Source: Octopus sinensis
Lineage: Eukaryota
DNA: 64,000 nt
Direction of reading: 5' to 3'
Assembly: GCF_006345805.1 (NCBI RefSeq)
Contig: NC_042999.1
Span: 29,636,001-29,700,000, forward strand
Shown: positions 27,131 through 40,700 of the stretch, in pieces
Layout: every line of letters begins with the position of its first letter
Position numbering within the stretch: the first letter of the stretch is position 1
Made by a program: the position numbers and the translations under genes
Notes under the pieces: generated by a model
Databases searched by the model: none
Told to the model about the DNA's origin: nothing
Seen by the model: only the letters and a program-made list of their open reading frames with translations

Positions 27131-27369
27131 ACTCTAATATTCACTTTTGCGCGGTCACAGTGTGATCATACTGCGAATACTCGAGTCATGAAGAAACGAA
27201 CGTCGCTGAGCCAAATAAATAACACACATACTATGAACGAATGATTCAACATATCTGTGAAATCTAACATTCATTCATCTCGAATCATTGTATCTGCCCA
27301 AGTAAACTAATTGATATTTGAAAGAATTTAACAAGTTTACCTAGTAGAGACATCGTTTGAAAGCGGACA

Positions 27370-27785
27370 AAATATGGCATCCTGCTGTTACCAAGTAGCT
27401 GCACACAAAGAGTTTAAACCCCAAGGATATTCGTGCTGACAGGCTTGCTTGTGGATGGTGCAAAAGGGGACAGCTTTAATTAAAACGGGGAGGGAAAGTT
27501 TTGTAGATGACCCACGATCTAGAAGTCTAGCAACCCATACTACCGAGGAAAAACATTGATTGTAACCACCTCATGCAGAAGAATGACAGGCAATCGACTA
27601 TAAATTTTTAAAAAACTGGTACTATTTGCATGTCATCAATGTATTGAGAATATCCTACACAATGAAACTGAGTTGATGTAGAATAGTGTTCCGTAGATGC
27701 ATGGCATTCTGACACCTGAAGAAAAGTGCACATGTCTGATCACATCAGGCCAAAATCTATCATTGTTTGATGCAGATCTAGGTAC
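27370..27785 (+). mobile_element. Decayed mariner transposase 5' fragment
   Basis: K.GRESFVDDPRS...TTEENID, ENILHNE and LTPEEK.TCLITS.QNLSLFDAD match the mariner N-terminal and linker regions. Confidence 0.7.
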
Positions 27786-29129
27786 TTATCTCGATTGTAA
27801 TGTCATAATCACCCAGCATCAGAAACAAAGTTACAACATATACAGTGCAACGGGCATTGTGTTTATTGACGGTTGTATTTGTCAGTTATGCATTGTGTTA
27901 AGGCCCTAGAGATTTTGTAACACATTCCCAGTCCTAATATTTCGAAAATTGGCCAGAAGCCTACAAATTCACTCTGACATATGTTTTTTAAAAATTATAA
28001 CTTCCCATTTTCCTTTTCTGTTGAGTTTCTTCTTCATTCTGTTAAGTCTAATGTAGTTGTTGGAAGCATTTGCCGCAATCTATACAAGTTTACTGGTGGT
28101 TATTAGATCAAATACGTCGGTCAATGTTCTCGACTAACCGCCTCTCTCAGAATTATCATTTGTAGCAGCAGTAGTATTATAATCATTGTTGTTGTCAATG
28201 CTGTGTTTACTTTTTGTTAGATTAGTTATTTGTATATTGATTTTTAATTCATTATTCCATCAGCAAAGATGTGTGATCTTTCAATGTCACGACATTTGTT
28301 TTTGCTTTTGCTTTCCATTCCGCTGTTGTCTCCAATGTCATTGGAAAGTGTTGATATCTATTGGCACCTTTATGATTTCAAGCGGAGCTATAACCATTTT
28401 TCCCCTTCGTAACAATAGAATCTGACAATGTATTTCAAACATTTTATTGATGTTTTTGACAGTTGAAGCAATGTAGAACTGTATTGTGTTACTAGAATCT
28501 GAGCTACCCTGTTGACGTGCAGAAAATAACAACTAATTCCTTCCATTTTAAATGTGTTTTGGTAAGGAATGTTGGAAAATGAAAACATAACGTTACATGG
28601 CATTTCGTGTAGTAGAAAGCAATACTTTCAGAAGTAACATTAAGGAAAATAAAATCCTGAAATAAGAAAACTTCAAAATAACTATAAAACCACATCTAGC
28701 AGGAAGATTTGTCTCTAAATTCGAAATTATATTGCTACAATTACGAATTTGGAAAGAGTGAAGTAACTAGTAAATAACATTCAGAAAAGCAATAAAGCAA
28801 CTACCACAAACACAAAATTAAGCACAACTATATCAACGTTGAAAACAGTAGATGCATCACCATCCGGAACAAAACAGTTGACACTAAAAAGAAAAATACT
28901 TTATACAACTAATTCTGTTGAGAAGGATAGAAGTTAAATTTATTTAGATAATATTTGCGCTGTGTTTACTTATGCGTGTGTGTGTATTTATATGTGCGTT
29001 TCTGTATGCATGTGTCTATCTGTGTATGAATGTGTTTATACATGGTAATCTTATGGGGCAGACCTTCCAGAGGAGGAAACATATTTTTATTGCGAAGCGC
29101 GGCACATTTTAATTGTACAAAATGAAATA

Positions 29130-30319
29130 TTAGGTTTTTCCACATGAAATGCTGTATTTGAAAGGAAGTTCAGGAGAACTGACTTATTTATTCAATGTAT
29201 GATCTATGTTCATTTATGAGGTTTAATTAATGTTTCTCTGTGTCATATATTCCATCCTTTAAAGAAAAAATCATTTGCTGTGTATAGTTAAGAATGTTTC
29301 ATTGCATATGAAAAGTTCAATATGGTTAAGTAAATGATGATCAGTAGGAGAGATAATAGGGGAATAGTGAGGATGTTGCAAAATCTCATAATTCAGTATT
29401 TGCAATATTTGGACCGTAGCTTGAGGAGTGTTAGGACGTGCATTATCGTGGAGCAAAATTGGGCCATATCTATTCATTAGACTGGGTTGCATCATCTTCA
29501 AATTCTCATGCATATAATCAATTTCCGGGCAATACGATCTTGCTGTTAGCGTTTCCCTTGTTGCAAAAATGAATAGTGAACAACTCTCTTCGCAGACCAC
29601 CATACAGTGACCACTAACTTTTTAGACTGCAATGGTGTGTTGGGGTAGCGTTTAGGTAAAGGGCCTGAATTTAATCACTGTCCTGTTCACCTGCTGTTGT
29701 CAAAGAGTATCCATTTCTCACCAGCAGTAATGAGTTGATGCGAAAATTGTATTTTTCCAGTCGAGAACGCAATAAGGAGCACACTTCAAGACGTCTGTTT
29801 TTTTTTTTTTTTTCTCGTTCAGTTGATATAGAAATAATCTATATGTTTTCATGACTCTTCCAATGTTATTTATTTATAAACAGTTGTGCGAGAAGTTCGG
29901 AATTCTGATGAACGTTTACGAACCTTCATTCTCGGATTATATTCAACCAGCGTCTTTAATAAATCATGGCGAATAACGGATTTTGGCCTGCTCTTTGGTC
30001 TATTTTCAAGGCTGTCATCTCCTGAACTAGAGCTTTCGAACCCTCTGACAACAGTTCTTGTGTCAACAGAGCCCTTACCAAAAGCCAGCTTGATATTCAG
30101 TAGAGCCCCTACAACAGAGTGACCCAGTTTGTATCCATACGAGAAAATCAGTGAAAATGATTTTGCTTCGTATCATTTTCATAAGGTTGAATTTTGTATA
30201 CCAATATTGTTGGGAGAGGAAAAGCGTCACGATTAAATGCGAGGTATACCAAATTGAGTTTTTAAATGACTGGAATAACAAGTAATTAAGAATGTGACAT
30301 TTCATGTAAAACAACCTAA
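29130..30319 (-). mobile_element. Full-length inactive mariner transposon, second family
   Basis: ITRs ttaggtttttccacatgaaatg / catttcatgtaaaacaacctaa with TA flanks; motifs LITAGEKW, ILLHDNARP and HPHYSPIISPTDHHL; stops and frameshifts. Confidence 0.88.
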
Positions 30320-30589
30320 TACATGAGGCTAGAAGTGTTTGTTCTGTGCAGCAGCAAGATACATGAAAATCTATAGAACTTTACATTGAAATTTTATGAG
30401 AAGAACATGACAGGCTATATAATACCTCTTTCCAAATATACAGAGAGGAGATAATAATATCCTGTGTCATGATTTTCGTCATCATACATCACAAAAAAAT
30501 CCAGTTATGAATATATATGTCTGTGAAGCTGTTAAGTAATCTATGAACGGGCGAATTTATGACAAGGGAGAAAGAGGGAGAGACGAGAA

Positions 30590-30601
30590 GTAGTAGTAGT
30601 G

Positions 30602-30652
<51 letters not shown>

Positions 30653-30907
30653 TAGTAGTAGTAGTAGTAGTAGTTGTAATAATAGTCATCATCATCATTG
30701 TTCGAGCGTAGTCGAGACAATGGAATTTACCATGCTACGCCAGACTTCACGGTCCATCATGGCATTACGGAGGTCCTGTTGCTGGATGCCTGTATCCCTG
30801 GAGATTACATCAGGGTAGGAGAGTGTGCGCCCTCTGGTATTGCGAGTAGATGGCTTCCAGAGGAGAAGAGTAGAAATTACCTCTTTTTCAGCTCTACAAC
30901 AATGTAA

Positions 30908-30946
<39 letters not shown>

Positions 30947-31003
30947 AAGAAAAGGTGGTGGTGGTGGTAGTAGTAGTATAGTAGTAGTAGTAGTAGTAGT
31001 AGT
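30590..31003. repeat. (TAG)n array interrupted by a LINE 3' end
   Basis: (TAG)n at 30590-30680 and 30906-31003. Confidence 0.92.
30686..30905 (-). mobile_element. RTE/RTEX-like LINE 3' end, copy 3 (shortest)
   Basis: HCCRAEKEVISTLLLWKP...STTLEQ, stop, then (ATG)n. Confidence 0.92.
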
Positions 31004-31146
31004 ACATTCAGTTTCCAGAAAAGTCAAATAAGGAACGTTGTACAAGAAAACGCGCCAGCACTCACGTAGAATCACAGGCAAATTATATACTGAGAACTGT
31101 ACATGTATTAATCTCAGAAAATGTGTGAGTGAATATATATATATAT

Positions 31147-31770
31147 GCGAGGTCTGACCAACAAGTATCTGCACTGTTGACATAGTAATGAAGCAAAACA
31201 CGCAGTGTAAGGCCACTTCGCACACGTTGAACTTCCACGGTGCTGTGTATGCACACTAAGATATACGGATCTAGCTCACTTCCGCAGTTTACAGCAATGC
31301 TTGGAATGAAGGTGTGTAACGTATAGTCGTAGCATTGACCATGGCAGAGAGAGCTGTTATGGCGACACCTGATCAGATGCCTACGCAAAGTGGCAGAAAG
31401 TGTATTGAGGGGAGTTTAGGAGCCGCACACAAGTGTACATGTGATTCAGATATTTCCAAGATGGCCGAGAATATCTCGATAGTGACGAACGTTTTGGGAA
31501 ACCCGCAAAAAGAAGAACTGAAACATCACAGATGTGCTTGCAGCATTGAGCGAAAATCGTCGGATCACCAATTGTGTGTTATCGGATTAATTGCAGATTA
31601 GTTACGGTTTAGTTCAGTCCGTAATCAACGCAGATTTTGCTATGAGACGCGTGTCTGCCAATTTTGTGCCAAAACTGCTTTCAGCTAAACAAAGTGTCAT
31701 TTGGCTTTCATTTGCACCAGATCTACTTGGTTATGTCGAGAACGATGACAACTTATTGGAAACATTTCGC
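31147..31770 (+). mobile_element. Mariner 5' half (ITR, 5' UTR and HTH region)
   Basis: cgaggtctgacc ITR after (TA)n; FQDGREYLDSDER, ISYGLVQSVI...MRRVSANFVPKLL. Confidence 0.8.
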
Positions 31771-32033
31771 TGGCCTCTGAGCTGGTATCGGCAAACTTTT
31801 GGGAACGTTAGATGCTGATTCCCTGGTCAACTTTCTCTGCCATGGTCAATTCGACGTTCACTTCCTACACACTTTCCTTCCAAGCATTGCTGTTAATATG
31901 GCAAGTGAGCAAGAAAGTTACAAATTAGTGCGCATGCACAGAATAGTTCAAGGTGAATCCGCACGAAGTTTTCCACCGTGTGCTTTAGCTTCGTTACTAT
32001 GGAAACAGTCCGGACACATATTACTGAGACGAC

Positions 32034-32034
<1 letters not shown>
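31765..32034 (-). mobile_element. Mariner 5' end of the same family, opposite orientation
   Basis: Reverse complement aligns to 31147-31345 (catagtaacgaagc...acagcaatgcttggaa...attgaccatggcagaga). Confidence 0.8.
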
Positions 32035-32109
<75 letters not shown>

Positions 32110-33401
32110 GTGTGTGTTTCTGTGTGTTTGTGTGCATGTACGTATGTATGTATGCATGCTTGTGGTTGTTGGGTAAGGGAGGTTCGTGATAAATTCATGG
32201 TAGTGATAGCGGTAGTGGTTTAGATTGATTGAAATATATGTAGATTTTATCAGTTGACCATGTTTATGATTCTCTTATCGTTTATCTATAACGCCTGCAC
32301 ATTCGTGCTAATTAGTATCAGATGTGACACTTGAAACACATTTAAATCTTTGGAATCATTTAATTCTCAAAATATTGAGAGTGATATGTGATGTGGGCGT
32401 ACAACAGAGAAAACGAAATGGATAATTTAAGAGCAGCCGTATTAATCACTAAAAAGGCCATCGAAAGAAGAGAAAAAATAATTACAATAAAGCACAGATG
32501 TGGACAACAAAGTTTTCCTGAAGAGAAGTGCAATCATAAAAAGAATATGAGGAATATTCAAAATATGTTGAACAGAAGATTTTCACGACGAATGGAAATA
32601 CAATATTCAGAAATGAACATGCTAATAGGAAATGAAAAACTTCAAACTATCATCATACTTGGGAAAACATTGGAAGATCCACAGTACCGCCTAGATAGTG
32701 TTATTCTTATTCACAGTTAAAGGTACATCACGAAAATGGTGATTTTCAATAGTTTTCCTAACATTGCATTAGTTGGTTTTATTTAGTCAACACTGGATAC
32801 TACTTCCCGGAGAGATATTCGATGAGATTCTTGTCACGTTTGGCCATTTCGCGTCATTTGCTTTTTTTAAAATATGCGCAACCTTGTCAAGTGTCCTCGA
32901 TTTATTTGAAACCAATTTGTTATGATGAATGACAGAGCGACTCGCTATTTCTAACAGTTTGAGTGAACTCACAGATTTCATCGGATGATCTGCTACTGTT
33001 CATTATGTAGGCGTGAAGTCTTTTGCGACCATGGTGTGCGTAGGTTTGGAAAGTACTTTCTATTTGGTGCCAAATTAAATATGTGATAAATCTTGCGGGA
33101 TTTAAGGTGGTAATTGTTCAAGGAATTAAAAACGGAGAAAGAAAGACAAATAGAAAAAAATTACATAAAATCAAGTTTGTGAAATAACTTGATAATGGAG
33201 TTTGAAGGGATACTATTTCTCACTTTTTTCAATTTAAATTGAAGAGTAAAAAAATGAAATGGATACACATATTGTTTGAGATCGTTCATATCATTTTTGT
33301 ATTTTCTAAAACTAGCCTTTGATATGTGACCAATAAAAATAATACCAGCAGCAAGGAAAAAAGAAAAGGATAAGAAGGACGAGGACAAGGACGAGAATGA
33401 A

Positions 33402-33404
<3 letters not shown>

Positions 33405-33433
<29 letters not shown>

Positions 33434-33494
33434 CAACAACAACAACAACGACGACAACAACAACAACAACAGTAACAATAACAACAACAACAAC

Positions 33495-33553
<59 letters not shown>
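33405..33553. repeat. (AAT)n/(AAC)n microsatellite
   Basis: Direct inspection. Confidence 0.95.
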
Positions 33554-33554
<1 letters not shown>

Positions 33555-34844
33555 GAAAGACTATATATACAAAGGTGGTAGAGGCCTTATACAACTGGAA
33601 AACTACTATAAAATAACCACCATAGGATTGCAAAAATATCTACTTCAGAAGGAAGGAAAACTGATACAAATAGCGGTTAAACACAAGCAAAATAAAAAAC
33701 TGTTCTTAGTATTTAAGGATGCTGACAAATACAAACAACAAATCATACCACCTAATAAATATGAAGAAGAAGAAGAAGAAGAAGAAGAAGAAGAAGGAGA
33801 AGAAGAAGAAGAAGAAGAAGAAGAAGAAGAAGAAGAAGAAGAAGAAGAAGAAGAAGAAGAAGAAGAAGAAGAAGAAAAAAAGAAGATGAAGAAGAAGAAG
33901 AGGAAGAAGAAACAACAAAAGCTATAAAACAAACGAAATCCTAACTAGAAATTGAACAACAACGAACCATGATAAAACGAAGGCAAGAAAATCCCCTTCA
34001 TGGTAAATACTGGACTAATCTAAACGCAAAAGAAATAGACAAAGAAAAATCCCAGCAATGGTTGAGAAGCTCAGGATTCAAAGCAGAAACAGAGGGATTT
34101 TTAATTGCAGCACAAGACCAAAGCCTCCCCACCAGAAATTACCAAAAACATGTAATGAAAAGAAATATAACAAGTAACTGCAGAATATGTGGAGATGGAC
34201 AAGAAACAATAAATCATATTATCTCTAGCTGCCAAGTTCTGGCTAAGAAGGAATATATTCACAGACATGACAGTGTTGGAACCTACATACATTGGAAGCT
34301 ATGCCAACATTATGGAATAACGACAGAAAAAAGATGGTATAGGCACACACCAGAAAAGGTCACAGAAAACGAGAAAGCAACCATACTCTGGTATATGGCG
34401 ATACACACAGATAGAGAAATTAAGGCCAACAGACCAGATATAGTTGTCAAAGATCATGAAGAAAAAACATGCTTTCTAATTGATGTATCAATACCGGCTG
34501 ATGACAACGTGTCTCTAAAAGAAATGGAGAAACTTTCAAAATACAAAGTCCTGGAAATAGAGGTAACCAGAATGTGGAATCTAAAAACAGAAACAATTCC
34601 TATCATAGTAGGTGCATTAGGCATGATAAAAAATATTCAGACAAATACATAACAAAAACACCAGGACTTACAAACACATATAACATACAGAAAAGTGCAC
34701 TACTAGGCACTGCACACATCCTACGCAGAACACTTTCCATACAATAACCATCAGAGCATCACAACAAATCACAGCACATACCTAAGGCACACAGATCTGC
34801 GCTCGGTAGTGAAGTGAAAGCACGCTATAAAAATAAAACTACTG
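33554..34844 (+). mobile_element. Young 5'-truncated R4/Dong-clade LINE inserted in (AAT)n
   Basis: ERLYI..KGGRGL, LHGKY, AETEGFLIAAQDQSL, CCHC knuckle CRICGDGQETINHIISSC, RLE motif RPDIVV...LIDVSIP...EKLSKY, terminal QKSALLGTAHILRRTL; (AAT)n on both sides. Confidence 0.95.
33969..34747 (+). pseudogene. R4/Dong ORF C-terminus (zinc knuckle + PD-(D/E)XK restriction-like endonuclease)
   Basis: 227-aa ORF 33969-34652; a 1-bp frameshift continues to the stop at 34745-34747. Confidence 0.92.
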
Positions 34845-35692
<848 letters not shown>

Positions 35693-35711
35693 AATAATAA
35701 TAATAATAATA

Positions 35712-35752
<41 letters not shown>

Positions 35753-35910
35753 TTAAGATGAGGATGAAGAAGACGGAGAATAAGTAGAAGGAGAAGAAGA
35801 AGAAGAAGAGGGAGGAGGGGGGAGGAGAAGGAGAAAGCGAAGAAGAAGAAGAAGAAGAAGAAGAACACCAACAACAACAACAACAACAACAACGACAACG
35901 ACAAGAACCA
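35693..35910. repeat. Compound (AAT)n/(GAA)n/(AAC)n microsatellite
   Basis: Direct inspection. Confidence 0.93.
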
Positions 35911-37710
35911 CAACAGAGGGAATTTTCTTTCTAAGCAGTTCGGTTCAGGACGTCGGCTTTCATGTCCTGGATAACTTGTAAATGTTTACCACAAATAAGG
36001 AAATAGTCTAGCACTATACAGAGTGCAAAACTTACCAAATAACAAGGGAGATCTGCCTAGGGTTACATAAAAGTTGACACACAGTTGTCGGTTTCCACTC
36101 TTGTCAAATTCAGCTTCATTAAGACGTTAAGCCTCTTTATGATATACTGGCATGATGGCATGAAGGAGCACATTCTAGCCCTCTGACCCTCCTCTTTTTC
36201 CCTCCTGTAAGCTTACCTCGGTCCATGAATGATAAATGTTTCGACTTTACTGGCCACAAATATGGTTTCTGCCCAGCCGCTGACATAAAATTATTGACTT
36301 TTTACGTAATCCTGATGTAGAGGTCTACAGGATATGCTGATAAGATATATGGTTACTGTCAAGAAAACGAGGTCAGCATGTGTCGAGCATTTGCGTAGCT
36401 CAGAAATGAGTTGTGAGAGTTTTACATCCCACTTTCCAATCAGCGATATCCACACAGATCTCTCGAACATCTAAGAGACCAAGTCACATTATCACTGAGA
36501 CGATAAAAGATTAGTATTTCACCGGAAGATTTAAGTGTGTCTAATAACGACGTAACCACCTTAGTCTCGAGACAAAATGGAAAATTCAAAAGCAATTACA
36601 GATCTCAGAAGGGAGAGAATTGATCCTTGGTTGCGACGTCTCTAGGAAATCTTTAAAATGCAACTAATTGACTGTTTTTCAACGAAGAGTGTCTACCGTT
36701 TAAAAATAAAGCATATGTAATAAGCAAACAAGTATGGAAAGGAAAATCGATACTAATTTAGCGCCCAATTACATGCCTTCCAATTATACGGGATATCGTA
36801 ACAAGCATAACTCCGGAGGGAATGTGCTAACATCTAAATGATAAATATGTATACTTAATGAAATGGAAGTCTATGAAAAAACTGAGCGACGTTTGGAAAT
36901 ATATTTCTTTGCCTATACACATCCTGTGTTGGAACAGACACATTGTTGTTCTTATATTTATTACAACTTTTAATACCCCACATATTAAAGATACAGATCA
37001 TCATATACTTAACAGCCTTATTACTTTATTGCATTTTTATTACTTTATTGTATTTTGAAATTTATGCCCTACCTCCGGGGTAATATGTAACTTAGAAAAG
37101 ATCGAAATGTCTTTCAGAACGAATCCATGAAGATAAACATATCCAACAGTGATTTAACCGGACACATGTCAAGTACCAATGCAGGTACAAGTTAATCCTA
37201 TTTGACACCACAATTCCGCAATATGAACTACGAAAGACAGGTGCCGCTGCAATGGATCTTGTGAATAAGCTCTGATGGAGTAATAACTAGGGCCCAGTAA
37301 CGACAGGGCTCTCCGTCTCGTTGCCCCTGATGATATTTATTTATACCATCTTTTTTGTAATTATTTTATTTTTGCAATTATTCTTACCAAGAAATTGGTC
37401 TTGTACTAAAATACAGACTTGTGCTTTCCGATTTCTTAGCAAAATAAAATCTGCTAGCTTTTACTTTATGTCAAATCTGACTGGGTATTTGGTTAAAGTC
37501 GTTTTCTTGTTCATTACTTTTCTTCAGAATAATTGGAGTCATTTTATTTTGTTCCCATAGCATAACACGGCGATTTGAGTGGTCTTGCTGTCATTTTATA
37601 TTCATAAATATTCTCAGAAGACACAATTGGCCTTGGGACATTGTCATTTTCGCAGACGAAAATTATTTGTGTCGTGCGGTGCATGAAGTAATAATATTAT
37701 ATTATATTAT

Positions 37711-40700
37711 AAACTACTGAACCTCTTTACTCAGCTACGGTGCACCCGCCCTCCCACCCCCACCACGCATGCCGGAAGTTCCTATTCTCTTCCATTCCGG
37801 GGTTGCTTCCCATGAAGACTGCAAATGCTCTCACCATCCATACCCCTCCCTACCCCTAGTCTCGACCTATGTAAGGTAATGTTCATACAGTGCAAAATAT
37901 GAAAGCGTTATGCAGGTTGTACTGAAGGCTACTTTACTACTTCATTTCTTGCACATGAATTCTGCCAAATGCGAGCTTTCTTTTCAGGTACACGAAGCTA
38001 CTGTCCACCGTCCCAGGGTCTCTAGAGCCCATGCCTTCCACACCCTCAGGGTTGGCACCCTCAACGTTGGCACTCTGAAAGGTAGGTCTGGTGAGATAGT
38101 CGAGATGCTTGAACGGAGATGTGTGGATATATGTTGCATGCAAGAAATAAGGTGGAGAGGAGGATCAGCTAGGTTCCTCACAGGCAAGGAACGCAGGTAC
38201 AAGATTTTCTGGGCAGGGAACACTGACGGGGTTGGTGGCGTGGGTATACTTATCGCTGAGAAATGGGTAGATAAAGTAATTGAGGTAATCAGAGTAAGTG
38301 ACAGAATACTTAAGATTAGATTAGTGCTTCATCATAGTTTAGCAACCATTATATCAGCCTATGCTCCTCAGTCGGGGCTACCCGATGGACAGAAAGACCG
38401 ATTCTATGACACTCTACTGCAGACTACCTCATTGACGAACGACAGAGACCTTATCTTTGTGGCTGGTGACTTCAATGGTCACGTTGGACGACATGCTGGG
38501 GGCTTCCAAGGCGTACATGGAGGCTATGGCTATGGCTCCCGCAACGAGGAGGGAACCAGGCTGCTGGAGTTCTGCGATGCAAATAATCTTATGATTTGCA
38601 ACACTAACTTCAGGAAACCTACCAGCACCTAGTCATCACTTACAATCGGGCCAACATACCAGCCAAATTGACTAATCCTTACAAGGCAAAGGGAGAGATG
38701 GCTGCTTATAAATGCCAAAACCTTCCCAGGTGAAGAATGTACCCCACAACATAGACTGGTAGTTAGTGACTTTAGGATCAGGACTAGGAGGACAACCAGA
38801 AGACGACAAATATGGAGAAGAAGGATCTGGAAGCTTAAAGATCCTGCAAATGGACAGAGATTTAGGGACATATACTTGAAGCCTCTGACGAAGTAGAAGG
38901 GGATAGAGCATCACAGGGGGTAGAAGACAGTGGACGTTTCTAAGGGACAACCTGCTGAGAGCCACTGACCAGATCTGTGGCTGGTGCAAAGTACCCTCTC
39001 GACTAGAATAACGTGTGGTGGTGGAACAATATTGTAGACAGGGCTATTAGAGAAAAGAGACAGGCTTGGAAGGTCTGGAAAAATGGGGGTAGCAGGGAAT
39101 TGTATCAGACTGCCAAAAGAGAAGCTAGGAGAGAGGTTTATTTAGCCAGAGGGGAAGCAGATAAGAAAGAATTTGCCAATGTTCTGCGCCGTGAGGACCA
39201 AAGACTGGAGGTGTTTCGTGTTGCAAGACAGTGTTTGAGAGAGAATCGTGATGTGGTAGGAGAGAAGTGTGTTCGCATGGAAGATGGTTCACTTGCGCTA
39301 AATGAGGATGCGAAGAGAGAGGTTTGGAGATGCCACTATGAAAGGTTGCTGAATGAAGAAAATGAATGGGATAAAGAGAGTCTGCCGAATGTTGACCACA
39401 ACAGAGGGACCAGCTATCCGAGTTGATAGTTCTGTGGTAGCTAAGGCAATTAGAAGCATGAAGACAGGGAAAGCCCCAGGCCCATCAGGAATCACTGCAG
39501 AGTTGCTCAAAATGTCTGGTAGTGTCGGCTATAGCCTAGTCACCCATATAGTTAAAAGGTGATACACAAAGGGGTCATACCCAATGACTGGTGTAGCAGT
39601 ATAATAGTCAACTGCTACAAAGGTAAAGGTGATGCCCTAGATACAAATAACTACAGAGGTATCAAGCTGTTGGACCAGGTGATGAAGGTTACGGAGAGGG
39701 TCATAGCCAACTAATTAGAGAGAGAGTTAGTTTAGATGAGATGCAGTTTGGGTTTGTGCCAGGGAAAAGTACTACTGATGCTATATTCCTGGTAAGGCAG
39801 CTGCAGGAGAAATACCTAGCCAAAGATAAGCCCCTGTACCTGGCTTTTGTTGACATGGAGAAAGCCTTCGACAGGGTCCCCCGATCCCTTATCTGGTGGG
39901 CAATGAGAAAAACTAGGGATAGATGAATGGTTAGTGAGAGCTGTGCGGGCCATGTATAGGGACGCCGCTAGTAGGGTGAGGGTTGGAAATGAGTACAGTG
40001 AAGAATTCCGGGTAGAGGTAGGGGTCCACCAAGGCTCAGTACTCAGCCCCCTCCTATTTATCATAGTCCCCAGGCAATAACGGAGGAATTCAAGACGGAT
40101 GCCCTTGGGAGCTCCTCTATGCTGATGACCTTGCTCTAATTGCTGAGTCGCTATCAGAACTGGAGGAGAAGTTTCAGGTGTGGAAACAAGGATTAGAATC
40201 GAAGGGCCTCAGAGTCAATCTAGCTAAAACCAAAGTCGTAATCAGTAGGAAGGTAGACAAATCACAAACACCTTCAGGTAGATGGCCCTGCTCGATCTGT
40301 AGAAAAGGTGTAGGTAGAAACTCTCTATAAGATGCACCAAGTGTAAGCTATGGACACATAAGAGATGCAGCAATGTCAAAGGAAGGCTAACTAGGAAGAT
40401 GGTTTTTGTATGTGGCAGATGCTCAGGAACAATAAACACTGAAAATGCTCTGAGACCAACTTCCGTCACTTTCCAGGGAGAAAAACTAGAATAGTTGATA
40501 GTTTCCGTTACCTAGGTGACCAAGTCAGCAGGGGGGGGGTGTGCTGAAAGTGTAACTGCTAGAGTAAGAATAGCTTGGGCAAAGTTCAGAGAGCTCTTAC
40601 CTCTGCTGGTGACAAAAGGCCTCTCGCACAGAGTGAAAGGCAGACTGTATGATGCGTGTGTACGAACAGCCATGCTACATGGCAGTGAAACATGGGCCGT

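Noticed and set aside
32388-32720. 110-aa non-repetitive ORF
   Set aside because: No recognisable domain or splice context; an ORF this long can occur by chance in A-rich sequence.
36030-36330. Possible Gypsy integrase relic on the minus strand (VTLGRSPLLFG)
   Set aside because: A single short motif with no convincing DDE core or LTRs.
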